Source: Candidatus Binatia bacterium
GTDB taxonomy: Bacteria; Desulfobacterota; Binatia; UBA9968
Assembly (NCBI GenBank): GCA_036506735.1
Contig: DASXRG010000038.1
Span: 6,856-70,855, forward strand
Length of the DNA stretch: 64,000 nucleotides
Reading direction: 5' to 3'
Shown: positions 35,897 to 46,787 of the stretch, in pieces
Position numbering within the stretch: position 1 is the first letter of the stretch
How the letters are laid out: every line of letters begins with the position of its first letter
Position numbers and translations under genes: made by a program
The notes under the pieces: generated by a model
Databases searched by the model: none
What the model saw: the letters and a program-made list of their open reading frames with translations, nothing else
Told to the model about the DNA's origin: nothing

Positions 35897-38086
35897 CTAC
35901 CCCAGTTCAAAATCTATCTCGCTCCGGAACGCGTTGATGCGCGCCACGCGGACGCGCACGGCGTCGCCCAAGCGGAATTTTCGCCCGTGGCGCAGGCCTT
36001 TGATGAGATATTCTTTCTCGTAATACTGGTACACGTCGTCTGTGAGAGACGATAGCTTCACGAGCCCTTCGATGAAGTAATTCTCCAGCTCGACAAAAAA
36101 TCCAAAGTTCGTAAGGCTCACGATGAAGCCGTTAAATTCCTGGCCGATCTTGTCCATCATGAACTGCGCCTTCTTGAGATCGACCATCTCACGCTCCGCG
36201 TCCATGGCGATTCTCTCGCGCTCGGAGGTGTGCTTGCCGGCCTCCTCGAGATAGCGGTCGAGCTCTTCCTTTTCCTTGGCTTTCAGTTTTTTCCCGCGCA
36301 ACACTTCCTCCAACGCGCGATGAACGGTCAGATCGGGATAGCGCCTTATCGGGGAGGTGAAATGGGTATAGCAGGTCGAGGCGAGGCCGAAGTGGCCAAT
36401 GTTCTCCGGCGCGTAGTGCGCCTGCTTCATCGCGCGGAGCACGACCCGATTGACGACTCTTTCCTCCGGTTTGCCGCGACAGGCCGCGAGCAGTTTTTGC
36501 AGCTCCTTCGGAGTCATCCGTTCTCGCTTGAGCGGCAGCCGATATCCCAGACTTAAAAGAAACGGCGCGATTTCCTCGAGCGCTTCGTGCTCCGGCCCCT
36601 CGTGCACCCGGTACAGCAGCGGAAAATCTTTTTCTTTCAAGTGGCGCGCGACCGCCTCGTTGGCGGCGATCATAAACTCTTCGATGATCCGGTGCGCGAT
36701 GTTGCGCTCGGCGCGCACGATGTTCTCGGGCTTTCCCTGGAGGTCCAGAATGATTTCCGCTTCGGGCAGATCGAAATCCAAACTGCCGCGCGCCTTGCGC
36801 TGCTCCCAGAGGAGCAAGGCCAGCTCCTCCATCAGCTTGAAACCGTCCACCCGATCGCGGTAGCGCTCCAGACACTCGGGGTCTCGGTCGACGAGGATGC
36901 GGCGCACGTACGTGTAAGTCATGCGCGCGTGGCTGCAAATGACGGAATTGAAAAAACGGCTCTTGATCACTTCGCCGCGGTGGTTGATCTCGATCAGCGC
37001 GGTTTTCGTCAGCCGGTCCTGTTTCGGATTGAGACTACAGATTCCGTTCGAAAGCTCTTCGGGCAGCATGGGCAGCGCGCGGTCGGGAAAATAGACGCTG
37101 GTCGCCCGCTCGTAAGCGTCTTGATCGAGCGCCGCGCCCGGCTTCACGTAGTAAGCGACGTCGGCGATCGAAACGTAAAGGTGGTAGACGCCGTCTTTCT
37201 TTTCGACGATGACGGCGTCGTCGAAGTCGCGCGCCGTTTCGCCGTCGATCGTGACGATCGGACGGGAGCGCAGATCGACGCGCGAGGCGATCTCCTTGGG
37301 ATCGATCGCCTGGGGAATTTCGGTGGCTTCGCGCCGCGCCTCCGGTGAAAAAACGGCCGGCAGATTGTATCTAAAAACAAGCGCCCGGGCCTGAATGTCG
37401 GGGTCTTCGGAATTGCCCAGTGTTTCGACAAGATCGGCCTCGGTGGAAGAATAGCCGGTGCCGTAGCGGGAGATCTCGGCGGCGATCACGGCGCCTTTTT
37501 CCGGCCGGGGACCGCCGGCCGCAAGCGGGATGGCCGGGGCGACGCGCAAGTCCATCGGAATGAGATAGCCTTTGCCGTCGTGCTCCTCGTACGTGCCAAT
37601 GAGCCGCTTCTGGCCGCGCTCTAAAATCTGCACGACGTGGGTCTCGTCGCCGCCTCTTTTGCGGTCGACGCGGACCATGACGCGGTCGCCGTGCATGAGC
37701 CGGCGCATCTCGCGCCGGCTCAAATAGAGATCGTCCTTGCCGCGCTCGTCGAGGATCAGAAAGCCGTAGCCGTCCGGATGGGCGTGGACTCTGCCGGTCG
37801 CGCAGTTTTGCCCGTCCGGCAGCGCGTAATGGTTTTTTTTCAGCCGGACGATTTTTCCCTCTTTGGCGAGCGCTCGGAGACTGCCGACGATTTCGTTCAA
37901 GTCGTCGCGGGCGGCGCCGATTCCCTTGAGGATCTCCGCCGGCGTCAGGCGCCGCCGCGGCCGGGAAGAGAAAAGGGAAAGAACTTTCCGTTCGATGTTT
38001 GGATCGGCTGCCATCGATTTCAGTATGACGGATAAAACACGGGGGATGAAGGGATCGGCGCGCTCATTCTTCGTCCGCGAGCTCAC
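35897..38086 (-). CDS. rnr: Ribonuclease R
   Basis: HTH/CSD N-terminal region, RNB catalytic domain (TIDGETARDFDDAV, SIADVAYYV, YFPDRALPMLP, HFGLASTCYTHFTSPIRRYPDL) and C-terminal S1 domain. An alternative start at 38014 (MAADPN) would remove the overlap with the upstream gene. Confidence 0.9.
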   Translation of the reverse strand: MSSRTKNERADPFIPRVLSVILKSMAADPNIERKVLSLFSSRPRRRLTPAEILKGIGAARDDLNEIVGSLRALAKEGKIVRLKKNHYALPDGQNCATGRVHAHPDGYGFLILDERGKDDLYLSRREMRRLMHGDRVMVRVDRKRGGDETHVVQILERGQKRLIGTYEEHDGKGYLIPMDLRVAPAIPLAAGGPRPEKGAVIAAEISRYGTGYSSTEADLVETLGNSEDPDIQARALVFRYNLPAVFSPEARREATEIPQAIDPKEIASRVDLRSRPIVTIDGETARDFDDAVIVEKKDGVYHLYVSIADVAYYVKPGAALDQDAYERATSVYFPDRALPMLPEELSNGICSLNPKQDRLTKTALIEINHRGEVIKSRFFNSVICSHARMTYTYVRRILVDRDPECLERYRDRVDGFKLMEELALLLWEQRKARGSLDFDLPEAEIILDLQGKPENIVRAERNIAHRIIEEFMIAANEAVARHLKEKDFPLLYRVHEGPEHEALEEIAPFLLSLGYRLPLKRERMTPKELQKLLAACRGKPEERVVNRVVLRAMKQAHYAPENIGHFGLASTCYTHFTSPIRRYPDLTVHRALEEVLRGKKLKAKEKEELDRYLEEAGKHTSERERIAMDAEREMVDLKKAQFMMDKIGQEFNGFIVSLTNFGFFVELENYFIEGLVKLSSLTDDVYQYYEKEYLIKGLRHGRKFRLGDAVRVRVARINAFRSEIDFELG
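35951..36000. repeat. 50-bp perfect direct repeat, right copy (inside rnr)
   Basis: Identical to 33821-33870. Confidence 0.95.
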
Positions 38087-38324
38087 GCATCAGCCAGTCG
38101 TCGCCGACATCGGCCGGCCGCGGGATCTCGGTCAGCTGAATTTCATGCCGGAGCGAGGCCATGAGAGAGCGGCCGACGGCGAGGAAATCCTCGACGATCA
38201 GCACGACGATGACGGCTTTCTTGCGGTCGATGGTGCGAATGATGCCGATGCCTTCGTAAGATTCGATGATGAATTTGACGTAGGCGATGTCTTCGGTGCG
38301 GAGCTCGAAATAGATTTCGTGCAT
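38064..38324 (-). CDS. DUF4911-like small protein
   Basis: MHEIYFELRTEDIAYVKFIIESYEGIGIIRTID... matches the pattern I recall for DUF4911. ATG at 38324; the longer ORF-track start lies in the hairpin. Confidence 0.5.
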   Translation of the reverse strand: MHEIYFELRTEDIAYVKFIIESYEGIGIIRTIDRKKAVIVVLIVEDFLAVGRSLMASLRHEIQLTEIPRPADVGDDWLMRELADEE

Positions 38325-38331
38325 ATTTTTT

Positions 38332-38387
38332 GCGTAAAGGGTTAAGGGTAAGGGGATCGCCTGACGCCTCACGCCTTACCTTTCACG
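38332..38387. repeat. Heptamer-periodic inverted repeat (TAAGGGG family)
   Basis: GCGTAAAGGGTTAAGGGTAAGGGG-ATCGCCTGA-CGCCTCACGCCTTACCTTTCACG. Confidence 0.85.
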
Positions 38388-38394
38388 TTCCGCG

Positions 38395-41028
38395 CTAGAG
38401 GCCTTTCTGGGCGCGCTCGCGCCGATTCTTCTTTCTGGGCTGTTTTTCTCCCTCGCCGGATGGCGTGTCGATCTTCTGCTGCGCGCCTTTCTCGACGGGC
38501 TCAGCCAATTTTTGCAGGTCCGGTTTTGCCTGGACGTGGGGCAAGGTGCCTTCGAGATGGAAGGGCACCGCGAGCCTGCCTTGGTCGTCGACCATCGTGC
38601 GGACGTTTTTGTATTCCTGCATCAGCTCCCGGGTGAATTGCGGCGACATGACAAGCGTAGCGTCCCAGGTCATTTTTTTGTCCAGGCCGACCGAGCCTTC
38701 GGCGCGGACGCTGTAATGGGGAGCCGAGAGCAGGAGGTCGTTGCTGTAAATCTTTCCCTGTTTGATCGTGAAGGTTGCGGTGAGAGAATCGAAGGGCGTG
38801 TCCTTTCTTTGGGCCAGCGCGATAAAGCCGGCAGGGATGCGCACTTTGGACATTCCCGGCAGCTCGGGGACCTTCGCGAACACGAGCTGCATCAAATTAA
38901 AATCCTTGAGGGACCCGTTCCTGAGTTGCGTCTCTCCTTCGCCGTCGAGACTCTCGGGCAGGGCCGAAATGTTTTTGCTCTCCGCTCTGAGCTTCGCTTT
39001 GACGTTGAGCTTGCCGTCGATATGGTCCTTGAAGCGCGGAAATTTCTGGGACAACAGGGCGTTCACGTCCATCGACTCGATATTGGGATCGAGAGCCAGC
39101 CGCAGCGAATTTTCCGCGCCGGTCTGCCATGATCCGCTAAGGCGGAGGCTGCCGCCCAGCGCCTGGAATGACAAATTCTTAAAGCCGACGGCCGCCGGGC
39201 TCCACGCGACGTCGCCGCGCAAATTGCGGTAAGGGACTTCCTGCAGGACGCCTTCGGGAGAGGAGAGGGTGCCGCGGACGACGGGCTTGCCGTCTTGGAT
39301 CCGCAGCTCGCCGGTGCTCGTCACCGATTTCATCTCGTCGGTCTTGGAGACTACCGCCGCCATCAGGTCGCCGGGGGCCAACTTGGCGGCGCGGAGCGTA
39401 TAGTGCAGGGACGGCCGGAAAAGGTCCGGGACCGCGCCCTCGAGCGCTACGTCGGAAGAGCCAGCGCGCAGCGCGAGCTGCTCCACGCGCGCGTCTCTGC
39501 CGCGAAAGACGATCCGTCCGGTCGTCCGCTCTACTCCGCGGCCGCTTTTTTTGTCCTTCACCTGAACGTCCTGCAGATCGACGCTGCCGCGCACTTCGAG
39601 GCCGTCCTCGGAAGCGAGATTCTTTTTCACCGCGAGGTCCCAGCGCAAATTTCCGCCCACGTTGTAGCCCGAGAGCGGCAGAAGCAATTTTTCCCACCCG
39701 GCGAGATTCACCCCATCGGCGCTGACCTCGACCGTGAGGCGCGGCTCGGCCACGTCCTCCAGCGCGCCCGAGAATTTCAGTTTCGAGTTATGGATCGCGA
39801 GCGCCGATTCTTGAAAGACGAACCGATCCCTTTGGCGCTCGATTTTCAACTCGACGTCGACCGGAACGCCTTTGGCCTTCTTGAACCAATTGCCGTAGAG
39901 GATTTCGCTGCGTTCGGCCTTGATCCTGGCATGCATTTTCAAATCGTCCAGGCGGCCTTGCGCGCCGGCCGCGACGCTCACCGGCCCTTCGAACAGCAGC
40001 GACGCGGGCAAGGTCTGGCGGAAGAAAGGAATGGTTTTGAGCTGCTCGAGGGCGAGCGGGTCGATGACGATCTGCGCCTTGATCACGCCGTTTTCCCACG
40101 CGCCGGTCTGAGAAAAATCCAGCTCGCCTTTGACCGTCGTGTTGTTTTCCGTCGCGCCGAAGAGCGGTCCGGTCAGGTTCAGCTCGGTGAAGCGCGGCCG
40201 CGCCACCGTGCCCAGCAATTTGGTTTCGATCGCGAGCGGTCCGGTCGCGTCCAGGTGGCGCACGAAGGGCGTTCTGAGCGCGGGGATCGCGCGCGTCAAT
40301 CGCGGCAGCAGCAGGGAATCGCAGCGCAGTTGCAGGTCGAGCGGTATCTGGCTCCAGGTTCGATCCGGCGCCCACGGTCCCACCTGCCCGTCGACGCTCA
40401 GATTGCGCCCCTGGCCTTCGAGGACGCTGGAAGTGAGGTTCACTTTGGCCGTCCCGGTCCGGCCGACGCCTCTTACGTCGAGATCCACTTTGCGCAGGCG
40501 AACTTCGGCCGGCTCTCTGGAAGAGCGGTCGATATAGTCGACGCTGCCGTTTTTTACGTTGACGCCGGTGATCAGGAATGCCGGCGCGCCCGGCCCTTTT
40601 TTCTTCCGGGGCTCGGCCGGCGGCGGTGATTTTTTCTCCCGGCTCGCCAGCGTCTCGATGTTCAGCGCGCCGGTCTCGTTCTTGATGATCTGGATTTCCG
40701 GCTCGTCGAGGACGAATCGGTCGATCTGAAGCTTGCCGGCCAGAAGCGGCAGCCAGCGCAGCTGCATCTTCAACTCTTTGGTTTGTATGAACGGCGTCGC
40801 GGCAAAGCGCGGATCTTCGGCGATGCGAAGGTCCTTGGCCGATACTCCCGGGCCGCCCCAGAAGCTCACCTTCAGCTCGCCAAAGGTCACCGCCCGGCCG
40901 AGCGATTTCTGCAGGTCTTCCTGGATGCGCGCGCGATTTCTGCCGACGACCGCGTTCAGCGAAACGCCTAAAATGAGCAGGAGAGAAGCGAGGACGAGGA
41001 AAACGATCGGGACGACTTTGCGACTCAT
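38395..41028 (-). CDS. AsmA-family outer-membrane biogenesis protein
   Basis: N-terminal anchor MSRKVVPIVFLVLASLLLILGV, then AsmA-type repeats (VTFGELKVSFWGGPGVSAKDLRI...IDRFVLDEPEIQII). ATG at 41028 avoids overlap with the thiolase gene. Confidence 0.75.
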   Translation of the reverse strand: MSRKVVPIVFLVLASLLLILGVSLNAVVGRNRARIQEDLQKSLGRAVTFGELKVSFWGGPGVSAKDLRIAEDPRFAATPFIQTKELKMQLRWLPLLAGKLQIDRFVLDEPEIQIIKNETGALNIETLASREKKSPPPAEPRKKKGPGAPAFLITGVNVKNGSVDYIDRSSREPAEVRLRKVDLDVRGVGRTGTAKVNLTSSVLEGQGRNLSVDGQVGPWAPDRTWSQIPLDLQLRCDSLLLPRLTRAIPALRTPFVRHLDATGPLAIETKLLGTVARPRFTELNLTGPLFGATENNTTVKGELDFSQTGAWENGVIKAQIVIDPLALEQLKTIPFFRQTLPASLLFEGPVSVAAGAQGRLDDLKMHARIKAERSEILYGNWFKKAKGVPVDVELKIERQRDRFVFQESALAIHNSKLKFSGALEDVAEPRLTVEVSADGVNLAGWEKLLLPLSGYNVGGNLRWDLAVKKNLASEDGLEVRGSVDLQDVQVKDKKSGRGVERTTGRIVFRGRDARVEQLALRAGSSDVALEGAVPDLFRPSLHYTLRAAKLAPGDLMAAVVSKTDEMKSVTSTGELRIQDGKPVVRGTLSSPEGVLQEVPYRNLRGDVAWSPAAVGFKNLSFQALGGSLRLSGSWQTGAENSLRLALDPNIESMDVNALLSQKFPRFKDHIDGKLNVKAKLRAESKNISALPESLDGEGETQLRNGSLKDFNLMQLVFAKVPELPGMSKVRIPAGFIALAQRKDTPFDSLTATFTIKQGKIYSNDLLLSAPHYSVRAEGSVGLDKKMTWDATLVMSPQFTRELMQEYKNVRTMVDDQGRLAVPFHLEGTLPHVQAKPDLQKLAEPVEKGAQQKIDTPSGEGEKQPRKKNRRERAQKGL

Positions 41029-41060
41029 TTTGGGACCGGGGCGGGACGAACGCGGCCGGC

Positions 41061-42263
41061 TTAAACAATGCTCTCGACGATCGTCGCGATGCCCTGGCCG
41101 ACGCCGATGCACATGGTCGCCAGTCCGTAACGGCTGCCGCGCCGCTTCATTTCATGAACCAGGGTCGTCATGATGCGCGCGCCGCTGCAGCCCAGCGGGT
41201 GACCGAGAGCGATCGCCCCGCCGTTGACGTTGACTTTATTCATATCCAGGCCGAGCTCGCGCACGTCGGCGAGGACCTGCGAGGCGAACGCTTCGTTGAT
41301 TTCGACCAGATCGATCTGGTCGATCGTGAGCCCGGCCCGCTTTAAGACTTTCAGCGTCGCCGGCACGGGGCCCATGCCGAAATAGGCCGGATCGACGCCG
41401 GCGACCGCGGAGGCGACGATGCGCGCCAGCGGCCTCAGCCCCAGCGCCCGAGCCTTCTCCGCGCTCGCGACGAGGAGCGCCGCGGCGCCGTCGGAGATCT
41501 GCGATGAATTTCCCGCCGTGACGCTGCCGTTTTTCCTGAACAGCGCCGGCAGGGCCGCGAGCTTTTCCATCGAGGTGTCGGCCCGCGGGCCTTCGTCTTT
41601 GTCGTGGACGACGGGATCGCCGCGTCTTTGCGGCACCGCGATCGGGACGATCTCGTCCTTGAACCGGCCGCTTTCGGCCGTGCGGAGCGCGCGCCGGTGG
41701 CTTTCGAGCGCGCAGGCGTCCTGGTCCTTGCGGCTCACCTGATATTTCTCCGCGACGTTTTCCGCGGATTCGCCGTTGCTGATCAGCGGGTAGAGCTCGC
41801 CCAGACGGAGATTGGGAAAACGCCAGCCCAACGTGCTGTCGTAGACCGTGACGTTTCCCTGCTGGAACGGCACCGCGCTCTTGCCCATCACCCACGGCGA
41901 GCGCGTCATGCTCTCCACGCCGCCGGCGATGAACAGGTCGCCGTGGTCCATCTCGATCGCCCGCCCCGCCTGGTTGACCGCTTCGAGGCCGGAGCCGCAC
42001 AGGCGGTTGACCGTCGCGCCGGGAACCGTCATCGGCAAGCCGGCCAGCAGCGCGGCGTTGCGCGCGACGTTGCGCGAGTCTTCGCCCGCCTGGTTGGTGC
42101 AGCCGAAATAAACGTCTTCGACCTCGTCGCCTTTGACGCCGGTGCGCTGCACCAGCTTGTTGATGATATGGGCGGCCAAGTCGTCGGTGCGGACGTCTTT
42201 GAGAATGCCGCCGTGGCGCCCCATCGGAGTGCGCACGGCTTCAAGGATAAAAGCTTCTTTCAT
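41061..42263 (-). CDS. Acetyl-CoA C-acetyltransferase (thiolase II)
   Basis: [12 protein letters not shown] (active-site Cys), [18 protein letters not shown] and [12 protein letters not shown] motifs. Confidence 0.9.
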   Translation of the reverse strand: MKEAFILEAVRTPMGRHGGILKDVRTDDLAAHIINKLVQRTGVKGDEVEDVYFGCTNQAGEDSRNVARNAALLAGLPMTVPGATVNRLCGSGLEAVNQAGRAIEMDHGDLFIAGGVESMTRSPWVMGKSAVPFQQGNVTVYDSTLGWRFPNLRLGELYPLISNGESAENVAEKYQVSRKDQDACALESHRRALRTAESGRFKDEIVPIAVPQRRGDPVVHDKDEGPRADTSMEKLAALPALFRKNGSVTAGNSSQISDGAAALLVASAEKARALGLRPLARIVASAVAGVDPAYFGMGPVPATLKVLKRAGLTIDQIDLVEINEAFASQVLADVRELGLDMNKVNVNGGAIALGHPLGCSGARIMTTLVHEMKRRGSRYGLATMCIGVGQGIATIVESIV

Positions 42264-42278
42264 AGTATCCGAAGTCCG

Positions 42279-43004
42279 TCACTTGTATTCGTAGAACCCT
42301 TTTCCGGCGCTCTCGCCCAGCCAACCCGCGCGGACCATTTTATTCAGCAGCGGCGCCGGGCGGTAACGGTCGTCGCCGGTCTCGCGTTGAAGCCCTTCCA
42401 GGACCGCGAGGACTTCATCGAGCCCAATTCGATCCGCCCAACGAAGCGGCCCCGACGGATAGTTGACGCCGAGCCGCATCGCCGTGTCGATCTCTTCCGC
42501 CTGAGCCACGCCTTCGTCCAAGCTGCGCGCCGCCTCGTTGATGATAAGGCTCACGACGCGCGGGAAGATCAACCCGGGCGCGTCTTTCACTCGGACCGCC
42601 TCTTTACCGAGCGCGCGGAAGAAGTTTTCCGCCTCGATCAGGGCGTGTTCCCCAGTTTTTAGCCCGGAAGCTAATTCTATCACTTTTTTTTCTTTAAGGG
42701 GATAGAACGTGGCGAAGCCGACGACGCGCTCGGGCCGCGTCGTCCACGAGGCGATGCGCGTCGTGGAGGAGCCCAGGCACGAGGTCAGGATGACCGAGGA
42801 CGGAGATTGCGCGTCGAGCCGCTCGATGATTTGTTTCTTCGCCGCGTCGTCTGCGGCGCAGGTCTCGATGACCAGCGGGGCCGAGACGGCCGCGGTGTAG
42901 GCGTCGGAATAAATCTTTGCCTCCACGCCGCCGGCTGCGCACAGCTCGACGGTCTCCCGGGCCAGACGATTCTTGCCGATGACGGCGACGCTATTTTTCG
43001 CCAT
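42279..43004 (-). CDS. 3-hydroxyacyl-CoA dehydrogenase paralog with degenerate NAD-binding motif
   Basis: C-terminal half ([24 protein letters not shown]...[25 protein letters not shown]) is HAD-like. The N-terminus [10 protein letters not shown] lacks GxGxxG. ATG at 43004. Confidence 0.6.
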   Translation of the reverse strand: MAKNSVAVIGKNRLARETVELCAAGGVEAKIYSDAYTAAVSAPLVIETCAADDAAKKQIIERLDAQSPSSVILTSCLGSSTTRIASWTTRPERVVGFATFYPLKEKKVIELASGLKTGEHALIEAENFFRALGKEAVRVKDAPGLIFPRVVSLIINEAARSLDEGVAQAEEIDTAMRLGVNYPSGPLRWADRIGLDEVLAVLEGLQRETGDDRYRPAPLLNKMVRAGWLGESAGKGFYEYK

Positions 43005-43857
43005 AGGTGTAAAAGCCCCGGCCGGTTTTGCGCCCGAGATTTCCCGATTCGACCAGGCGCCGTTGAATCGGGCTCGGACGAAATCTCGGATCGTGGAAGA
43101 AAGACTCATAGAGCGAGGTCGTCGCCGCGAAATTGATGTCGTTGCCGATCAGATCCATCAATTCGAAAGGCCCCATGGGGAATCCGCCGGCGCCTTTCAT
43201 AACGCGGTCGATCGTCTCGACGGTTGCGCCGCCGTCCTCCAGGATGCGCAGCGCTTCGTTGTAGAACGCGCGCGCGACTCGGTTGACGATAAATCCCGGC
43301 GTGTCCTTGGCCCGGACCGGCGTCTTTTTCATCGCGCGAACAAGCTCCGTCGCCCGTTCCATGCTGGCGCCGCTGGTGCGCTCGCCCTGAACGACCTCGA
43401 CGAGCGCCATGAGCGGCGGCGGATTGAAAAAATGGGTGCCGAGCACGCGCTCGGGCTTTTGCGTCGCGCCGGCGATCGCGGTGACGGAGAAAGAGGAGGT
43501 ATTGGTCGCGAGCAAGGTCTCCGGCCCGCAGACTTCGTCCAGCTTTTTGAAGATCTCCCGCTTGAGCTCGAGCTTTTCCGGGGCGGCCTCGATGATCAGG
43601 CCAAAACCTGCGAAGTCCTCCAGCTTCAGCGTTGAGGAAAGCCGGCCGATGATTTTGCCCTCTTGCTCCGCGGTGAGCTTGCCGCGCTCTTTGCTCCGCT
43701 GAAGAAAATTGCGGATCCTGCCGAGCCCTTTATCGATAAACTCTTGCGAGACGTCGTAGACGAGAGTTTCGAATCCAGCCTGCGCGGCGACTTGAGCGAT
43801 GCCGCCGCCCATAGTTCCGGCGCCAAGCACGCCGATCTTCGAGTTCGAGCTGGCCAT
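42991..43857 (-). CDS. hbd: 3-hydroxybutyryl-CoA dehydrogenase
   Basis: [15 protein letters not shown] Rossmann motif, [16 protein letters not shown] and [14 protein letters not shown] motifs. Confidence 0.85.
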   Translation of the reverse strand: MASSNSKIGVLGAGTMGGGIAQVAAQAGFETLVYDVSQEFIDKGLGRIRNFLQRSKERGKLTAEQEGKIIGRLSSTLKLEDFAGFGLIIEAAPEKLELKREIFKKLDEVCGPETLLATNTSSFSVTAIAGATQKPERVLGTHFFNPPPLMALVEVVQGERTSGASMERATELVRAMKKTPVRAKDTPGFIVNRVARAFYNEALRILEDGGATVETIDRVMKGAGGFPMGPFELMDLIGNDINFAATTSLYESFFHDPRFRPSPIQRRLVESGNLGRKTGRGFYTYGEK

Positions 43858-43871
43858 GATTTAGAAGAAAT

Positions 43872-44651
43872 TTATTTGCCGGTGAAAACGGGCGTCCGTT
43901 TCTCCAGGAACGCGCGCACGCCTTCGTCGTAATCGGCGCTCTTGCCCGCGATCTCCTGGAGATAGGCTTCGTATTCGAGCTGGGTCGCCAGGTCGTGCAT
44001 GATGGCGCGATTGACCGCCCGCTTGATCAGCCCGATGCTGCGCGGCCCGTGCGCCACTTTTTCCGCGATCTCGCGGGCGGTGCCGGCGAGCTTGTCGGCC
44101 GGCACCACTTTGGCCACCAGGCCGATGCGGAGCGCCTCCTCGGCGTCCACCGGCTCGGCGAGCAGGAGAAGCTCCATCGCTTTGCTGAGGCCGACGAGAC
44201 GCGGCAGAATGATGCTGCCGCCGCAGTCGGGCGCCAATCCCACCCGGGCAAAGGCCTGGATAAATTGCGCCGCTTCGGACGCGACGCGGAGATCGCAGGC
44301 GAGAGCGAGATTGCAGCCGGCGCCCGCGGCGACGCCGTTGACCGCGGCGAGCGAAATTTTTTCCGTTCTTCTCAAGCGCAAAATGATCGGATTGTATCTT
44401 TCCCTGAGCGAAGCGCCGAGCGAGCCTTTCTTTTCCGGCGTGCGGCCTTTCAGGTCCTGCCCCGCGCAAAAGGCGCGTCCCGCGCCGGTCAGCACGATCG
44501 ATCGAATGCTCTTATCCTCGTCCGCGTCCTTCAAGGCTTGATGAATCTCGCCGTTCATTTGAATCGTAAAAGCGTTCATCGCCTCGGGCCGGTTCAACGT
44601 GATCGTCGCGACGCCGTTTTGCTTGCCGTAGATGATGTTCTCGAAGCTCAC
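43872..44651 (-). CDS. Enoyl-CoA hydratase/isomerase (crotonase family)
   Basis: ITLNRPEAMNA, VLTGAGRAFCAGQDL and AAVNGVAAGAGCNLALACD oxyanion-hole motifs. Confidence 0.85.
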   Translation of the reverse strand: MSFENIIYGKQNGVATITLNRPEAMNAFTIQMNGEIHQALKDADEDKSIRSIVLTGAGRAFCAGQDLKGRTPEKKGSLGASLRERYNPIILRLRRTEKISLAAVNGVAAGAGCNLALACDLRVASEAAQFIQAFARVGLAPDCGGSIILPRLVGLSKAMELLLLAEPVDAEEALRIGLVAKVVPADKLAGTAREIAEKVAHGPRSIGLIKRAVNRAIMHDLATQLEYEAYLQEIAGKSADYDEGVRAFLEKRTPVFTGK

Positions 44652-44664
44652 GTCTTCTCCTGAT

Positions 44665-45438
<774 letters not shown>

Positions 45439-45490
45439 AATTAGGAGAGCTATACACTAAAAACCTAGAGGTATAAAGGCTTTACGGAGT

Positions 45491-45519
45491 TTGACAGCCT
45501 CGGCTCGGTTTGCGAATAT
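45491..45519 (+). promoter_or_regulatory. Sigma70-type promoter for the TetR gene (TTGACA-17 nt-GAATAT), nearly leaderless
   Basis: Perfect -35 hexamer at 45491-45496, 17-nt spacer, GAATAT at 45514-45519. The ATG is only 9 nt after the -10, implying a leaderless or very short 5' UTR. Confidence 0.4.
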
Positions 45520-45528
45520 GTTCCGATC

Positions 45529-46209
45529 ATGGCCAACCGGACCGAGCCTTCCACGCGCCACTACGACGAGAAATTGCAAGAGCTCCTCAAGTGCGCCGCG
45601 AAAATCTTCGCCGAGAAGGGTTTTCATCGCACTTCGATCCGCGACATCGCCCGGGCGAGCGGCATGAGTCTCGCCGGCCTCTATTATTACTTCCGCACCA
45701 AAGAAGAATTGCTGTATCTCATTCAAGAGCGTTGCTTCTTGACTTTGCTGCAGAGGTGGGAGACAACAGGCGACCCGAAAACGGATGTCCGGGGAAGGAT
45801 CCGCGCGTTCGCCGAAAATCACCTCAGCTTTTTTTTCCACAACACGTTCGAGATGAAGGTCATGGCGCACGAGGATGAATCGCTGACGGGCGAATTCGAG
45901 GAAAAAATCCTGATCCTCAAGCGCCGCTACGTGAAAATCTTGATGGATCTCGTCGCCGAGCTGCAGGGGCCGGAGCGCGGCAAGGAGGTGGATCTGAGAA
46001 CCGCCACGTTCGCGCTCTTCGGCATGATGAACTGGATTTATACCTGGTATCATCCCAAGCGCGATCTGCCGCTCCCGGAGTTGATCGAGCAGATGATGCG
46101 CATCTATTTTTTCGGCGCTCTCAAGGCCGGGAAGGTCGAAGAGCCGTGGTTCGCTTCGTCCGCCAAGACCGGAAAAGGGGCGTTTTCCCTCTGGCAGAAC
46201 GTGCCCTAA
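45529..46209 (+). CDS. TetR/AcrR-family transcriptional regulator (divergent from the acyl-CoA operon)
   Basis: N-terminal HTH AAKIFAEKGFHRTSIRDIARASGMSLAGLYYYFRTKEELL. Confidence 0.8.
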   Translation: MANRTEPSTRHYDEKLQELLKCAAKIFAEKGFHRTSIRDIARASGMSLAGLYYYFRTKEELLYLIQERCFLTLLQRWETTGDPKTDVRGRIRAFAENHLSFFFHNTFEMKVMAHEDESLTGEFEEKILILKRRYVKILMDLVAELQGPERGKEVDLRTATFALFGMMNWIYTWYHPKRDLPLPELIEQMMRIYFFGALKAGKVEEPWFASSAKTGKGAFSLWQNVP

Positions 46210-46247
46210 CCTGCGCCGATGAACTGCCGCACAATTTCGTAGGAACC

Positions 46248-46778
46248 ATGATGATCTCGGTTGGATCGAAGGCGCCCGATTTCGCGCTCAAAGGCATCTA
46301 TCAGGGACGCATCGCCGACTATTCGCTCAAATCTTACCCGGGAAAGTGGCTGGTCCTCTTCTTTTACCCGGCGGATTTTACCTTTATCTGTCCCACCGAA
46401 GTCACCGGGTTCAGCAAAATGGCGCATGAGTTCCGCGCGGAGGAGGCGGAAATTTTGGGCATCAGCGTCGATTCGCTCGAAACGCATCGCGCTTGGGCGG
46501 AGGAGCTCGGCGGCGTGGATTATCCGCTGCTCAGCGATGAGCAAAAAAAAATGAGCCGCGCTTACGGGGTTTTGGAAGAAAAAGAGGGAGTGAGCATTCG
46601 GGCCACCTTCATCGTCAATCCGGCGAGAGAAATCAGCTACTTTGTGGCGAGCCACATGAACGTCGGGCGCAGCGTCGAGGAAACGCTGCGCGTTCTCAAA
46701 GCGCTCTGCACCGGGAAACTGTGCCCGGCCGAATGGCAGCCGGGAGAAACCACCGGCGAGCTGCGGCTTAAATACTAA
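46248..46778 (+). CDS. Peroxiredoxin (AhpC/Prx1-type)
   Basis: KWLVLFFYPADFTFICPTE peroxidatic-Cys motif. I prefer the ATG at 46248 over the ORF-track start that overlaps the TetR gene. Confidence 0.85.
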   Translation: MMISVGSKAPDFALKGIYQGRIADYSLKSYPGKWLVLFFYPADFTFICPTEVTGFSKMAHEFRAEEAEILGISVDSLETHRAWAEELGGVDYPLLSDEQKKMSRAYGVLEEKEGVSIRATFIVNPAREISYFVASHMNVGRSVEETLRVLKALCTGKLCPAEWQPGETTGELRLKY

Positions 46779-46787
46779 ATGCAGACT

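Larger units (their letters stand above)
33821..35950. mobile_element. Integrated 2.13-kb AT-richer islet in the 3' end of rnr (no recombinase gene)
   Basis: Bounded by the perfect 50-bp direct repeats. The interior is visibly AT-richer than the flanks and carries three genes unrelated to their neighbours. The gene end contiguous with rnr differs from the displaced end mostly by synonymous changes. Confidence 0.7.

Noticed and set aside
39295-41068. Long ORFs (444 aa on +, 426 aa on -) overlapping the AsmA gene
   Set aside because: Low-complexity Arg-rich translations; the AsmA frame is continuous and family-typical.
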